A stretch of DNA of 64,000 bases from Bryobacterales bacterium (GTDB lineage: Bacteria; Acidobacteriota; Terriglobia; Bryobacterales; UBA6623). The stretch is from NCBI GenBank assembly GCA_963422375.2, contig OY729428.2, positions 1,824,001 through 1,888,000 on the forward strand, given 5' to 3'. The notes under the pieces were generated by a model, which was not told where the DNA came from, did no database searches, and saw only the letters and a program-made list of their open reading frames with translations. Made by a program: the position numbers and the translations under genes. Below are positions 40,020 to 49,474 of the stretch, in pieces; positions within the stretch are counted from its first letter, which is position 1, and every line of letters starts with the position of its first letter.

Positions 40020-41189
40020 ATGAAGCGCTTCTTGAACTTGGATCTCATCGCGGGTGTCGCGTGTGCTGCCTCGATTTGCGCGGCGGCCGACTGGGACCGT
40101 CACGTGATCGCCACGGGCTTCCCGTGCCAGACAGTCGTTGCGGCCGACTTCACCGGGGACGGTCGGCCCGACGTGGTCGCCGACGCGCACGGCGAGACGC
40201 ACCTCTACGTCGCCCCCGACTGGAAGAAGGTCGTGATCGACGGGAAGTGGCCCTTCCGGTCTGGCGAGCGCAACACGATTCACAGCGAGGTGATGGACGT
40301 GGACGGCGACGGCGACCCGGACTACATCGGGGCCGTGTATTCGCCCGGCCCGGTGTTCTGGCTGGAGCGTCCCGACGATCCCCTGCGCGACCGCTGGACG
40401 ATGCGCATCGTCGACGGGGAGGTCAACGGCACGCACGGCTTGGTCACGGGGGACATTGACGGCGACGGCAGCACGGACTTGGCGGGCAACAGCGCGCAGC
40501 CCAAGGATGCCTACCCCAATTCGCTCGTCTGGTGGCGCGTGCCCGAGAACCCCCGCTCGGCGGAAGCCTGGGTCCGCTACGTTCTCGCGGACCAGGACGC
40601 GCCCGGCCTGAGCCACTATCTCGGCATCGGGGATCTGGACGGTGACGGCAGGGCGGACGTGGTGTCCGCCGGCAAGGACGCCGTGACGGGTGGAGGGAAC
40701 TGGTTCGCCTGGTGGAAGCAGCCTGCGGGCGGATCGACGCCATGGCTGAAGCGGACCATCGCCGTCAACCAGACCGGTGCCACGAACGCGCTGCCCGCCG
40801 ACCTCAATGGCGACGGCGCGATCGATATCTTCGCGACGCGGGGCCATGGCAGGGGAGTGCTCTGGTTCGAGGGACCCGACTTCGCGCTGCATGAGATCGA
40901 CGGCGACCTTCAGGGGCCCCACGACTTGGCGATCGGCGACATCGACGGGGACGGCGACACCGACGGCGTAACCTGCGGGAAGGACAGCTTCGAGGTCGCT
41001 TGGTACGAGAACGACGGCCGAGGTACGTTCCGGAAGCACGTGATCCACGATGACCAGGCGGCCTACGACATCCGGCTGGCGGACATGGACGGCGACGGCG
41101 ATCTTGACGTGCTGGTAGCCGGCCAGAATTCGCGGAACGTCGTCTGGTACGAGAACGCGGTCTCGCTTCGTGAGACCGCGAACCGCTAG
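40020..41189 (+). CDS. FG-GAP/VCBS repeat protein, secreted
   Basis: Seven DxDGDG.D-type repeats with VWYEN-type ends; GGAGGA RBS; signal peptide. Confidence 0.92.
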   Translation: MKRFLNLDLIAGVACAASICAAADWDRHVIATGFPCQTVVAADFTGDGRPDVVADAHGETHLYVAPDWKKVVIDGKWPFRSGERNTIHSEVMDVDGDGDPDYIGAVYSPGPVFWLERPDDPLRDRWTMRIVDGEVNGTHGLVTGDIDGDGSTDLAGNSAQPKDAYPNSLVWWRVPENPRSAEAWVRYVLADQDAPGLSHYLGIGDLDGDGRADVVSAGKDAVTGGGNWFAWWKQPAGGSTPWLKRTIAVNQTGATNALPADLNGDGAIDIFATRGHGRGVLWFEGPDFALHEIDGDLQGPHDLAIGDIDGDGDTDGVTCGKDSFEVAWYENDGRGTFRKHVIHDDQAAYDIRLADMDGDGDLDVLVAGQNSRNVVWYENAVSLRETANR

Positions 41190-41214
41190 GACGAGGCGCT
41201 ACGAACGAAGCCGA

Positions 41215-41767
41215 TCAGAGGCCAAACCAACCAATATCACGTCGGCTAGGACCGGTGGCGATCCGTTCCCACTGTAGTCAACTCCAAGTATCGGCCGGCG
41301 CGATCGTCAAGATCCGAGCTGCCATTTAGCCGCGACCTTACTTCTCGAAGTGGACGCGGAAACCAATGCTTGCAAGACTAAGCTACGTCTGGATCTACCC
41401 CTTGTCTTCTCTCGAAGAGATTTGAGACTGCTAGGTCCTTGCGCGGGAGAATGCGGCTAATCTTGGCCAGTCTAAATCGGTACCGTCCTATTCCAACTCC
41501 TCGAATGATCCATTCGAACCCCTGTGGCTGTATTGCAAGGATGCTTTTAGGAAGCTTTCTTCGAAAGCGAAACGAATAGACCAGATCGTCAAGGTTCTTC
41601 GGGATTTCAATTGCAAGCGATCTTGCGAAGCTAACGATTTCATTTCGATTAAATTCAAGAACTTGAGCGCTATTCACTCGATCAGATTGATGAAAAGTAT
41701 TCTGATTGAAGTGATTGAAGAAACTCGCCTCAATGATCATGGCATAACGGCTCCTAGACTTAGCCAT
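41215..41767 (-). pseudogene. Truncated and degraded restriction endonuclease partnered with the C5 methyltransferase
   Basis: RY..IIE..FF, EF.R.EI, IPKNLDDLVYSFRFR..LP and EWII.G.G.GRYRF resemble endonucleases found beside Dcm-type MTases. Stop at 41378; a remnant LGVDYSG follows. ATG overlaps the MTase 3' end. Confidence 0.7.
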
Positions 41768-42646
41768 GGATTGACATCCTCTCTAGTCTCTCTCGTTCAA
41801 TATCGGCCTGTCTTCGTTTCCGTACGCCACTCTTGCGGTCTATCCTGCCAGAAATCGGCTGAGCCTTGAAAACTTTGGCGGCTTCAGACATAGAAAGAGA
41901 GAGCAGCTTGGCGTCACCGAGGGCCATCGTGTGTCGAGGCCGAACAGGCTGAATGTCAAGTGCTCGAGATACTTCGGTCGCGATGATGCGCCCTAGCGGT
42001 GGCGGGATTGCATTGCCGATCTGCCGAGCTCCGTGCCATTTGGTCCGACTAAATCTATACCAATCCGGGAAACCACGTAGACGTGCCATTTCTCGAACTG
42101 TTATGCACCGCGGGTAGTCATAGTGAATCGACCTTGGACTAGTAAATCCGCCTCGCCTTCGGCCCGAACCCGCTCGAATAGTGTTGGCCACTCCGTTTCG
42201 AGGAAGCTTGAAGAAACGCCTAATTGGCGCCACGGTACCCGGAATTGTCTCGGAAAATCTCTTTCGCGAGATATCTGTGTGCTCAGTTCTTGCACTTGAT
42301 GTAAGAACGGATGGAACCCATTCACGCACATATCCAAAGTGCCAAGAGTCTGAATCAATGCAACGTAATTTGGCGACGTAAGGTGATGGAGTTCCGAGGA
42401 ATTCTATGTTGACACTGTCCGAGAACGATAGATCCGAGAATTGATCGACGTCAGGAATATCTGCCAGGGCATCAGGGCCTGTTGGCTACTAGGTAGGTTA
42501 GATCCATTGTCTTTTCTACCTGAGATCCTGGTAGTATCTTCTGGATATAGCGGAAGTATTTGTCCTCATATTGCCCCAATTAGAATCAACATTTCTCGCG
42601 ACTTTGGTACACCGAACTCTCCTGAATTCAGCACTGTATATGGCTA

Positions 42647-43694
42647 CCTGATTACCAACGAACGTCAGCCGAGGATATGGTATACTGAAGGAGGTCGGAA
42701 ATCTCTGATAGGAAAGGGGCTAGCAGCTGAAACGCAATCGCGTGCAATGCCAGAAGGGACTCAGCCCGGGCAAGTTCCTGCAGCGCTACGGCAGCGAGGG
42801 GCAATGCGAGCAGGCCGTCTTCAACGCCCGCTGGCCGGACGGCTTCCGCTGCCCGGAGTGCGGCTCCCGACGGCACTGCCGCATCCGCTCCCGCAAGCTC
42901 TGGCAGTGCCATGCCTGCCACCGCCGGACCTCCCTCGTCGCCGGCACGATCTTCGCCGCCAGCAAGCTGCCGCTGACCGTCCGGTTGCTGGCGATCCACC
43001 TGCTGACGCAGGGCCAGCACGGCGTTGCGTCGCTGGAACTGGCGCGGCAGCCGGGGGTCAGCCGGAACACGGCTTGGAAGATGAAGCACAAGCTCTTGCA
43101 AGTGATGAAGGAGCGCGACGAGCGCGTGCCGCCGGGCGGCATCGTGCAGGTGGACGATGCCTACTGGGGCGGGGAGCGGAGCGGCGGCCAGCGCGGTCGC
43201 GGCGCGGCGGGCAAGACGCCGTTCGTCGCCGCCGTGCAGGTCACCGCCGTGCAGGTCAGCGCCGCCGGCCAGCCGGCAAGGATGCGCATGAGCAGCGTGG
43301 CGGGCTTGCGCAAGAAGACGCTGGCAGCGTGGGCCGGGCGGCACTTGCAGCCCGGCACGGAGGTGCATGCCGACGGCTTGGCCTGCTTCCGGGGCGTGGC
43401 CGACGCCGGCTGCGAGCACGTGCCGACCGTCACCGGAGGCGGGCAGCGGAGCTGCGCGGATTCCCGCTTCTTCCGGGTCAACACGATGCTGGCGAACGTC
43501 AAGCAGTCCCTGGCGGGAACCTGCCATTCGTTCGACGGCAAGCACCTGCCGCGGTACCTCGCCGAGTTCCGCTACCGCTTCAACCGCCGCTACGATCCGG
43601 AGGTGCTGGTCCCCCGCCTGCTCCACGCCTCCGTGCGCACCCCGCCCATGCCTTACCGCCTCCTAACCTTGGCTGAGTCTTGTGGGTAATCAGG
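42647..43694 (+). mobile_element. IS1595-family insertion sequence (IS1595 subgroup-type CCTGATT ends)
   Basis: Imperfect terminal inverted repeats CCTGATTACCAACGAACGTCAGCCGAGG and CCTTGGCTGAGTCTTGTGGGTAATCAGG; 8-bp TSD TATGGCTA at 42639-42646 and 43695-43702. Confidence 0.95.
42742..43689 (+). CDS. IS1595-family transposase (open frame, possibly decayed)
   Basis: Zn ribbon CPEC..CHAC; VDDAYWGG, ADGL and RYLAEFRYRFNRR; in-frame 15-bp duplication (AVQVTAVQVS). Confidence 0.9.
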   Translation: MQCQKGLSPGKFLQRYGSEGQCEQAVFNARWPDGFRCPECGSRRHCRIRSRKLWQCHACHRRTSLVAGTIFAASKLPLTVRLLAIHLLTQGQHGVASLELARQPGVSRNTAWKMKHKLLQVMKERDERVPPGGIVQVDDAYWGGERSGGQRGRGAAGKTPFVAAVQVTAVQVSAAGQPARMRMSSVAGLRKKTLAAWAGRHLQPGTEVHADGLACFRGVADAGCEHVPTVTGGGQRSCADSRFFRVNTMLANVKQSLAGTCHSFDGKHLPRYLAEFRYRFNRRYDPEVLVPRLLHASVRTPPMPYRLLTLAESCG

Positions 43695-44598
43695 TATGGC
43701 TAAATTATATCAAATTCTCTGGTCGAGAACTTCGCCATCATCTCTTCAAGAATCACTCGGTTCCTGCCAACTGTAAGTCCCTTTACATTCTCGAAGACAA
43801 ACGTACGGACGTCCAATTCGACGATGATCCTGACAAAGTCGTTTACCAAGAGATTCCGTGAATCTTCTAGTGTCCGTTGGCCGATTAGCGAGAATCCTTG
43901 GTACGGAGGGCCGCCGAATACACAATCTGCTGTACGGTTCCCAATTCCCGAGAGATATCTGATGATGGCGCCGGAAAGGTCTTCGACAGGTCGAGCTATC
44001 ATTGAGGTCGCGGGAAAATTGAACTTGTGGGTAGCACAGCGTACAGGGTCTACCCCGACCGCGGCGGCTATATCGAAGCCTGCCTGCTCAAACCCTAGAG
44101 CCAAGCCACCCGCACCCGCGAAGAGGTCAATGCCAAGTGGACGGACAGTGCGAACGTCTAAATTCGCAGGATGGGGATCGATTAGGGAATTATATATCTG
44201 AGTGCCGACAACGCCATATCCGACTAGAACTGCTGTGAGCAGGGAGGTGGGTGTCGAGCTGGGGTCATGCGAGTGCGGCCGCGGGCGGGCACAGAGGGGT
44301 GGGGTGTGGGATCGTATCTGAATCGAGCCTGCCAGCGGATTGGACGAGGAAGGGACTAGAGAGGCCGCCTCGCATGCCCCGGTGGAACCCGGTTGGCGGT
44401 GGCAGGGCACGCCTTGCAAGCCGCTTGCAGGCCCTGCGAGGGCCGAAGACAGCGGATCCCCGGCGCTCGACGGCCTGCATGGACGGTCCGGACCGGACCG
44501 GGGTCGCGCCGGGGCATGCCGGATCCGGTGCGACCCTCGTACCGAGCGTGAAGCGCGCGCCCGCAGCGGGCTGCCGCGCTCGGCGCGGCGGGCGCCGC

Positions 44599-45550
44599 TC
44601 AGGCCGCGACCGCGGCCTGGCCGGTCAGCTGCCGGCAGGTCAGCGTCCGGCCGACCAAGCCCCGCGCCATGCGCCGCATCCGTTCCGCCGTGTCGCAGTC
44701 GCGGTCGTTGCGCCGTCCCGCGAACTCCGTGAGGTAGCGGCCGAGATGACGGACGCTCATCCGGTGATAGGTGCCGTACAGGCCGCGCTTGAACAGGGAC
44801 CCAAACGACTCGATGCCGTTCGTATGCGCTGCCCCGCGCACGTACTCGCCGCCGGAGTGCCTGACGGCTTCGTGCGCGAACTCCGCCATGCCGGCGCAGG
44901 CCGCCGCCTCGTCGGAGCGGAGCTGCGCCCCCGGCGCGGGCGCGCACGAAGCCCTGCAGGTCGCCCTTGGCGGTGCCCGGCAGCGGCCGCGCGGCCACTG
45001 CGTTCGTGGCGCGGTCGCGCGCCCCCGCCACGGGCGTCTTGCCGACGGGCCCGCGCCCGGCGCGGGCCTTCTTCCTCTCGTGCTGGTTGCGTTCCTTGCC
45101 GCCGACGCAGGTCTCGTCCACCTCCACCGGGCCGGCGAACAGGCCCCGATGCCGCTCCCGGCACGCGCGGATGCGGTGCGCCAGGTGCCAGGCCGACTTC
45201 CGGCTGACGCCCGGGTCGCGGTGCAGCTTCATGCTCGAGACGCCCTTGATGCCGGTGGTCAGCAGGAACAGGGCGACGGCCCGGGTGCGGTAGCCGAGCT
45301 CGGTGTCGGCCATCACGCTGCCGGTGCGCACCGAAAAGCGCTTGCCGCAGCCGCGGCAACGGTACGGCATCGAAGGGTGGGCCGCGTCGGACTGCACGCT
45401 GGAGCCGCGGCAGCGGGGGCACGCAGGACCGTCCGGCCAGCGCATGGATGCGAACCACTTTTCCGCGGATTCGTCATCGGGGAACATGGCGATCACTTCG
45501 ATCATTGTGATGCCTTTACGGAACCACTTTCCGGGACCTTGTTTCTTCAT
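44599..45550 (-). pseudogene. IS1595-family transposase, frameshifted
   Basis: CPRC..CRGC ribbon and VEVDET; 5 bp shorter than copy 2 near 44940; C-terminal HTNGIESF..RYLTEF lies in another frame. Confidence 0.9.
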
Positions 45551-45573
45551 TTACGGTATCCCCTACTGGAACT

Positions 45574-45603
45574 ATTCTACCAAGAAACACCACAGAATGT
45601 CAA
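45574..45603 (-). promoter_or_regulatory. Sigma70-type promoter of the IS transposase (copy 1)
   Basis: TTGACA-N18-TAGAAT with extended -10 TG, just upstream of ATG 45550. Confidence 0.7.
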
Positions 45604-46460
45604 CGGAAATTCGGAAGAAATATGAAATCTTATTATGGCTTGATAATTTTGCCGACTTGATTCCCTCGGCACTCAGATATATAATTCCCATCGATTACGG
45701 GTAAGTTCTTTTCGCAGAGGGCTGCGGGTGCCTGGTCAACGGGACGGGGACCGACCACAGGCGGAGCAGATTGATTCGACAGGCCGCCCGCTCCGTGGAA
45801 TCTCTCGGTCCGTCGGGACCACTCGGAATTGCGCAGAGGGTCTGCTGACTGTGTCTCGCTTGGTCTTGCTTGCGGGGCCCTGGGCGGGTGTTCGATCTGC
45901 TCAGATTGCGAACGCATTGAGAATCTATACCACGAGCATCGCAACTGCGAGGGGCATCGGCAACCTCTTGCCCATCAGGGAGTGATGAATCAGCTGAGAG
46001 TCTTGCGGGCCGACTCTGCAATTCCAAGTGATCCTTGGTGAGTCGGACCATTCCGGTTTCAGACACTAGATATACCCCATCAACCGCCACTACGACCTGA
46101 AGGCGCGCAGGCCGCGCACTGCGGGCGGCTGCGGCAACGCTGCAGATCCTGTACCCCCTGTTGACCGCCGCGCCGTCCTGCGGGCGGGCGCGCGCGAGCC
46201 ACCCCGGGCGGGGCCGGGGCCTGCCCGGCAGCGCAGGATCGACAGACGGACCGGTCCCGCGGCCCCCTCGCCGACGATGGCTCGAATTCCGTTGGAACGG
46301 ACGTGCCGGGCAACCGCATGTCGGCCTGCTAGGAGCACCTCCCGCCCTCTAAAGGCACGCCTGCTGCCGCCCGTGGCATTCCGAGCCGCGGTTTGGCGCA
46401 GGTGATTCAAGCTCGAAATGAGTCGCCCGTCCATCCGGATTGGAATACGATGGGGCTGCT

Positions 46461-48689
46461 ATGCGACCGAGCGTGCGGCGGATTCTGCCTTGGAGACTCT
46501 TGAGCTCCGTGCTTCTTCCTGCCGGTATCGTCTTCGCGATGCCGCTGGAGTGCGATTTCACCGACTATCGCCCGAGCGGAGGCCTGCGCGCCGAGGCCGT
46601 GGACGGGGACTTGCTCCTCGAGTGGGTCGGGGCCCCGCCTCGCGGTGTCGCGACGCCGGCGCCGGGCATGAGTCTGCGGGCGACCCTCGGTCTCGACGGC
46701 GGAGAGCCGGTCATCCGGCAGATGGCGGCCTTGTCAAGGGCGGGGCATTGGGCGCCGCTCGTGCGGGACGCCCGCCCGGACTTTCACGTCGTGGAAGGCG
46801 TCCGCCGCATCTCGAACCAGCAGATCAATCCGATGCGCGACTTGGGCCGGGAGGCGACGCCCGAATTGGTCGAGGCCGAGAAGTGGAAGGTCTTCTGGGA
46901 CGCTCCCCTCGTCCTACCCGGGCTCGCTGGTGTGAATCCCGGCTTGCCACGTGACCCGGGCGAGATCATGCGCAGCGATGTCGAGTACGACATCAACGCC
47001 TGCAACGTCCGCCGCGTAGGTGCCCGCTTGGAGGTCTCGTTTGAATCGCTGAGGCTGGGGTCGTTTGAGGGCCTGCTGCGGTTCACGGTGTACCCAGGGT
47101 CAAGCCTCGTGCGCCAGGAGGTGATCGCGGCGACATTCAAGCCCTCGGTCGCCTACGTCTATCGAGCTGGCCTGAGCGGACTCAGAAGCGACGACTACCA
47201 GCGAATGCGCTGGCGGGACGTGGCTAGGGACTGGCAGCAGTACCGCTTCGGGGGAGGCGCGAACGACGGTCCCGTGCCTCTGCGAGCCCGCAATCGGGTC
47301 CTGCTGCTCGAACAGGAGCGCGGGGTTCTCGCAGTCTTCCCGCCGTCCCACAAGTTCTTCTTCGCCCGCGAGATCGAGATGAACCTCGGATACGTGTGGT
47401 ACCGGCAGGGGGGCGACGGCCGGTTCGCGGTGGGCGTTCGCCAGGCCGAGCGCGAGGGAATGTACCGCCCGTGGGGCGCTTCGGATGAAATCTGGGAGAA
47501 GCGCGCGCGGCAGTCGCGCCGTTTCGCGCAAGGCAATTTCGCCCTCTTCAACGCGCCGCCGGGCACTCGGCAGCGCATGGCTGTCTACTACTACCTTGGT
47601 TCGGAGGGCGCGCAATCGACATTGGATAGTGTCTTGGAATTCACTAACGGCGACAAGTTCAGGCCGCTCGACGGATACCAGGTGGCGGTCAGCCACTTCC
47701 ACACTCATTTCGCCGAGCAGCTGATCGACACGGGTTCCTTGGACGCCCGTCCGCCGTGGGTCTCGGCGCTCCGAGGCCTCGGAATCAACATCGCCATGAT
47801 GTCGGACTTCCACGGCGACGGCCATCCCAACGACGCGGGGGACCTCCGTTTCCGGGAACTCGGAGAGTACTTCGAGGCCTGTCGAAGGCACTCTGACGAG
47901 GGCTTCCTGCTGATGCCGGGCGAGGAGCCGAACGTCCATTTGGGCGGACACTATACGCTGGTCTTCCCGAAGCCGGTCTACTGGTCGAAGGTTCGCGCGG
48001 CAGACGCCGCTTTCCGCGGCAGTCATCCGTCCTACGGCCGGGTCTTCCGGGTCGGTTCGGCCGAGGAGATGCTCGCGATGGTCGAATCGGAACGGGGATT
48101 GCTCTGGCAGGCACACCCGCGGACCAAGGGCTCGACGTCCTGGCGATCTCTCGCAGGCGCGGATCTGCGAGGAGCGATGCCTTGGAATTCTCGACGACAT
48201 GAACAACTGGGCCGGGCCCAAGTACATGATCGCCGAGGGCAATACCTATACCAAGTACCCGGAGGACGAGATCTACCCGCACCTCATCGTCAACTACGTG
48301 CGGCTGGACTCTGTGCCGCGCTTCGACGACGACTGGAGTCCGATCACGGAGGCGATGCGGAGGGGCGATTTCTTCGTGGCGACGGGAGAGGTCCTCATCC
48401 CTTCGTTTCGGGTCGACGGTCACGAGGCGCGCAAGATGCTGGAAGCGGAAGTGGAATGGACGTTCCCCCTGGAATTCGTCGAGATCGCGAGATCGTATGG
48501 GGCGACGGCAACTCCACGGGGCGGCAGATCCTGCCGACTCCCGAGCTCGGAACGTTCGGAAGCAAGACGTTTCGCATGGACTTTAATGCGACCGGAAGGA
48601 AGTGGGTGCGCTTCGCGGCTTGGGACTCGGCCGGAAACGGCGCGTTTACTCAGCCCGTCCACTTCGACGCGGCTGCTGTCGGACGATGA
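46461..48689 (+). pseudogene. Secreted PHP-like metallohydrolase, doubly frameshifted
   Basis: Signal peptide; HFHTH, SDFHGDGH, GEE..HLGGH and QAHPRTKGST. Frame shifts near 48139 and is restored by an 8-bp duplication at 48480-48495. Confidence 0.75.
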
Positions 48690-48709
48690 GTCTCATACGA
48701 TAGGAATTC

Positions 48710-49441
48710 ATGTCCGTCCCGCACCTCTCCACGGATGAGCTCGCCAAGCTCCGTCGCTACGACACGCCGACTATCTGCAACGTGATCGAACTTTTCGCGG
48801 TGCGCCCGCAAACCGACGGTTACATGGACGCGCGCATCCGCTCGTGCTTCCCCGAGATGGGACCGGTGTGCGGCTATGCCGCCACGGCGACCTTCCGGTC
48901 GGCGCTTGCACCGAAGGGGCCCGCGGCCTACGGCAGCCTGTCGGACCAGGTAGCCCGCTTCAGCGAGATTCCCGGCCCCCCGTTCGTAGTGATCCAGGAC
49001 TTGGACGTGCCGACGCAAGCGGCCACGTTCGGCGAAGTGATGGCCGCGACATACAAGGCCTTCGGCGTGGCCGGACTCATCACGAGCGGCGCGGCGCGCG
49101 ACCTCGACCAAGTCCGCTCTGTGGGCCTGCCGTGTTTCGCGGACGGCGTGATCTGCTCGCACGGCTATCCCCGCCTGATCGAGTTTCTGGTCCCGGTTCA
49201 CGTCGGCGGGCTGGCGGTCTACGCGGGCGACTTCCTGCATGCCGACCAGAACGGGGTGACGAGCATCCCGGGCGAGATCCTCGGCGAAGCTGCCGATGTC
49301 TGCGAGGAGTTCTGCGCTGCCGAAGCCGCCGTGCTGGACTATTGCGCCGCAGGCAGCGTCACCAAGGCCGGTTATGCGGCGGCCCTTAAGGAACTCGGGG
49401 CAACAATCCGGGCGCTCAAGGCCCGGTTGCGCCGGTCCTAG
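48710..49441 (+). CDS. RraA family / HMG aldolase-like protein
   Basis: DTPTICN, GYAATA, ATFGEVMA, GAARDLD and GDFLHADQNGV motifs; AGGA RBS. Confidence 0.88.
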   Translation: MSVPHLSTDELAKLRRYDTPTICNVIELFAVRPQTDGYMDARIRSCFPEMGPVCGYAATATFRSALAPKGPAAYGSLSDQVARFSEIPGPPFVVIQDLDVPTQAATFGEVMAATYKAFGVAGLITSGAARDLDQVRSVGLPCFADGVICSHGYPRLIEFLVPVHVGGLAVYAGDFLHADQNGVTSIPGEILGEAADVCEEFCAAEAAVLDYCAAGSVTKAGYAAALKELGATIRALKARLRRS

Positions 49442-49474
49442 CGCCGCTGCCCGGCTGAGCCCTCGCGTGGCATC

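Larger units (their letters stand above)
41760..44176 (-). pseudogene. DNA (cytosine-5)-methyltransferase, disrupted by IS1595 and point mutations
   Basis: Motif I DLFAGAGG, motif IV GGPPYQGFS (Cys to Tyr), motif VI FENVKG, motif VIII GVPKSR, motif IX TVREMARLRGFPD, motif X RQIGNAIPP. In-frame stops; IS at 42647-43694. Confidence 0.92.
44185..45689 (-). mobile_element. IS1595-family element, copy 1 (ISNwi1-like GGGAATTAT ends)
   Basis: Perfect 24-bp terminal inverted repeat GGGAATTATATATCTGAGTGCCGA; 8-bp TSD ATCGATTA at 44177-44184 and 45690-45697. Confidence 0.95.

Noticed and set aside
43700..45550. 616-aa transposase-methyltransferase fusion ORF
   Set aside because: It arises from a frameshift in the IS and read-through across the terminal repeat into the dead MTase; the 8-bp TSD shows it is an insertion.
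45698..46090. vsr remnant upstream of the methyltransferase
   Set aside because: Only a weak resemblance (RNLSRSNTRP) and no other Vsr motifs.
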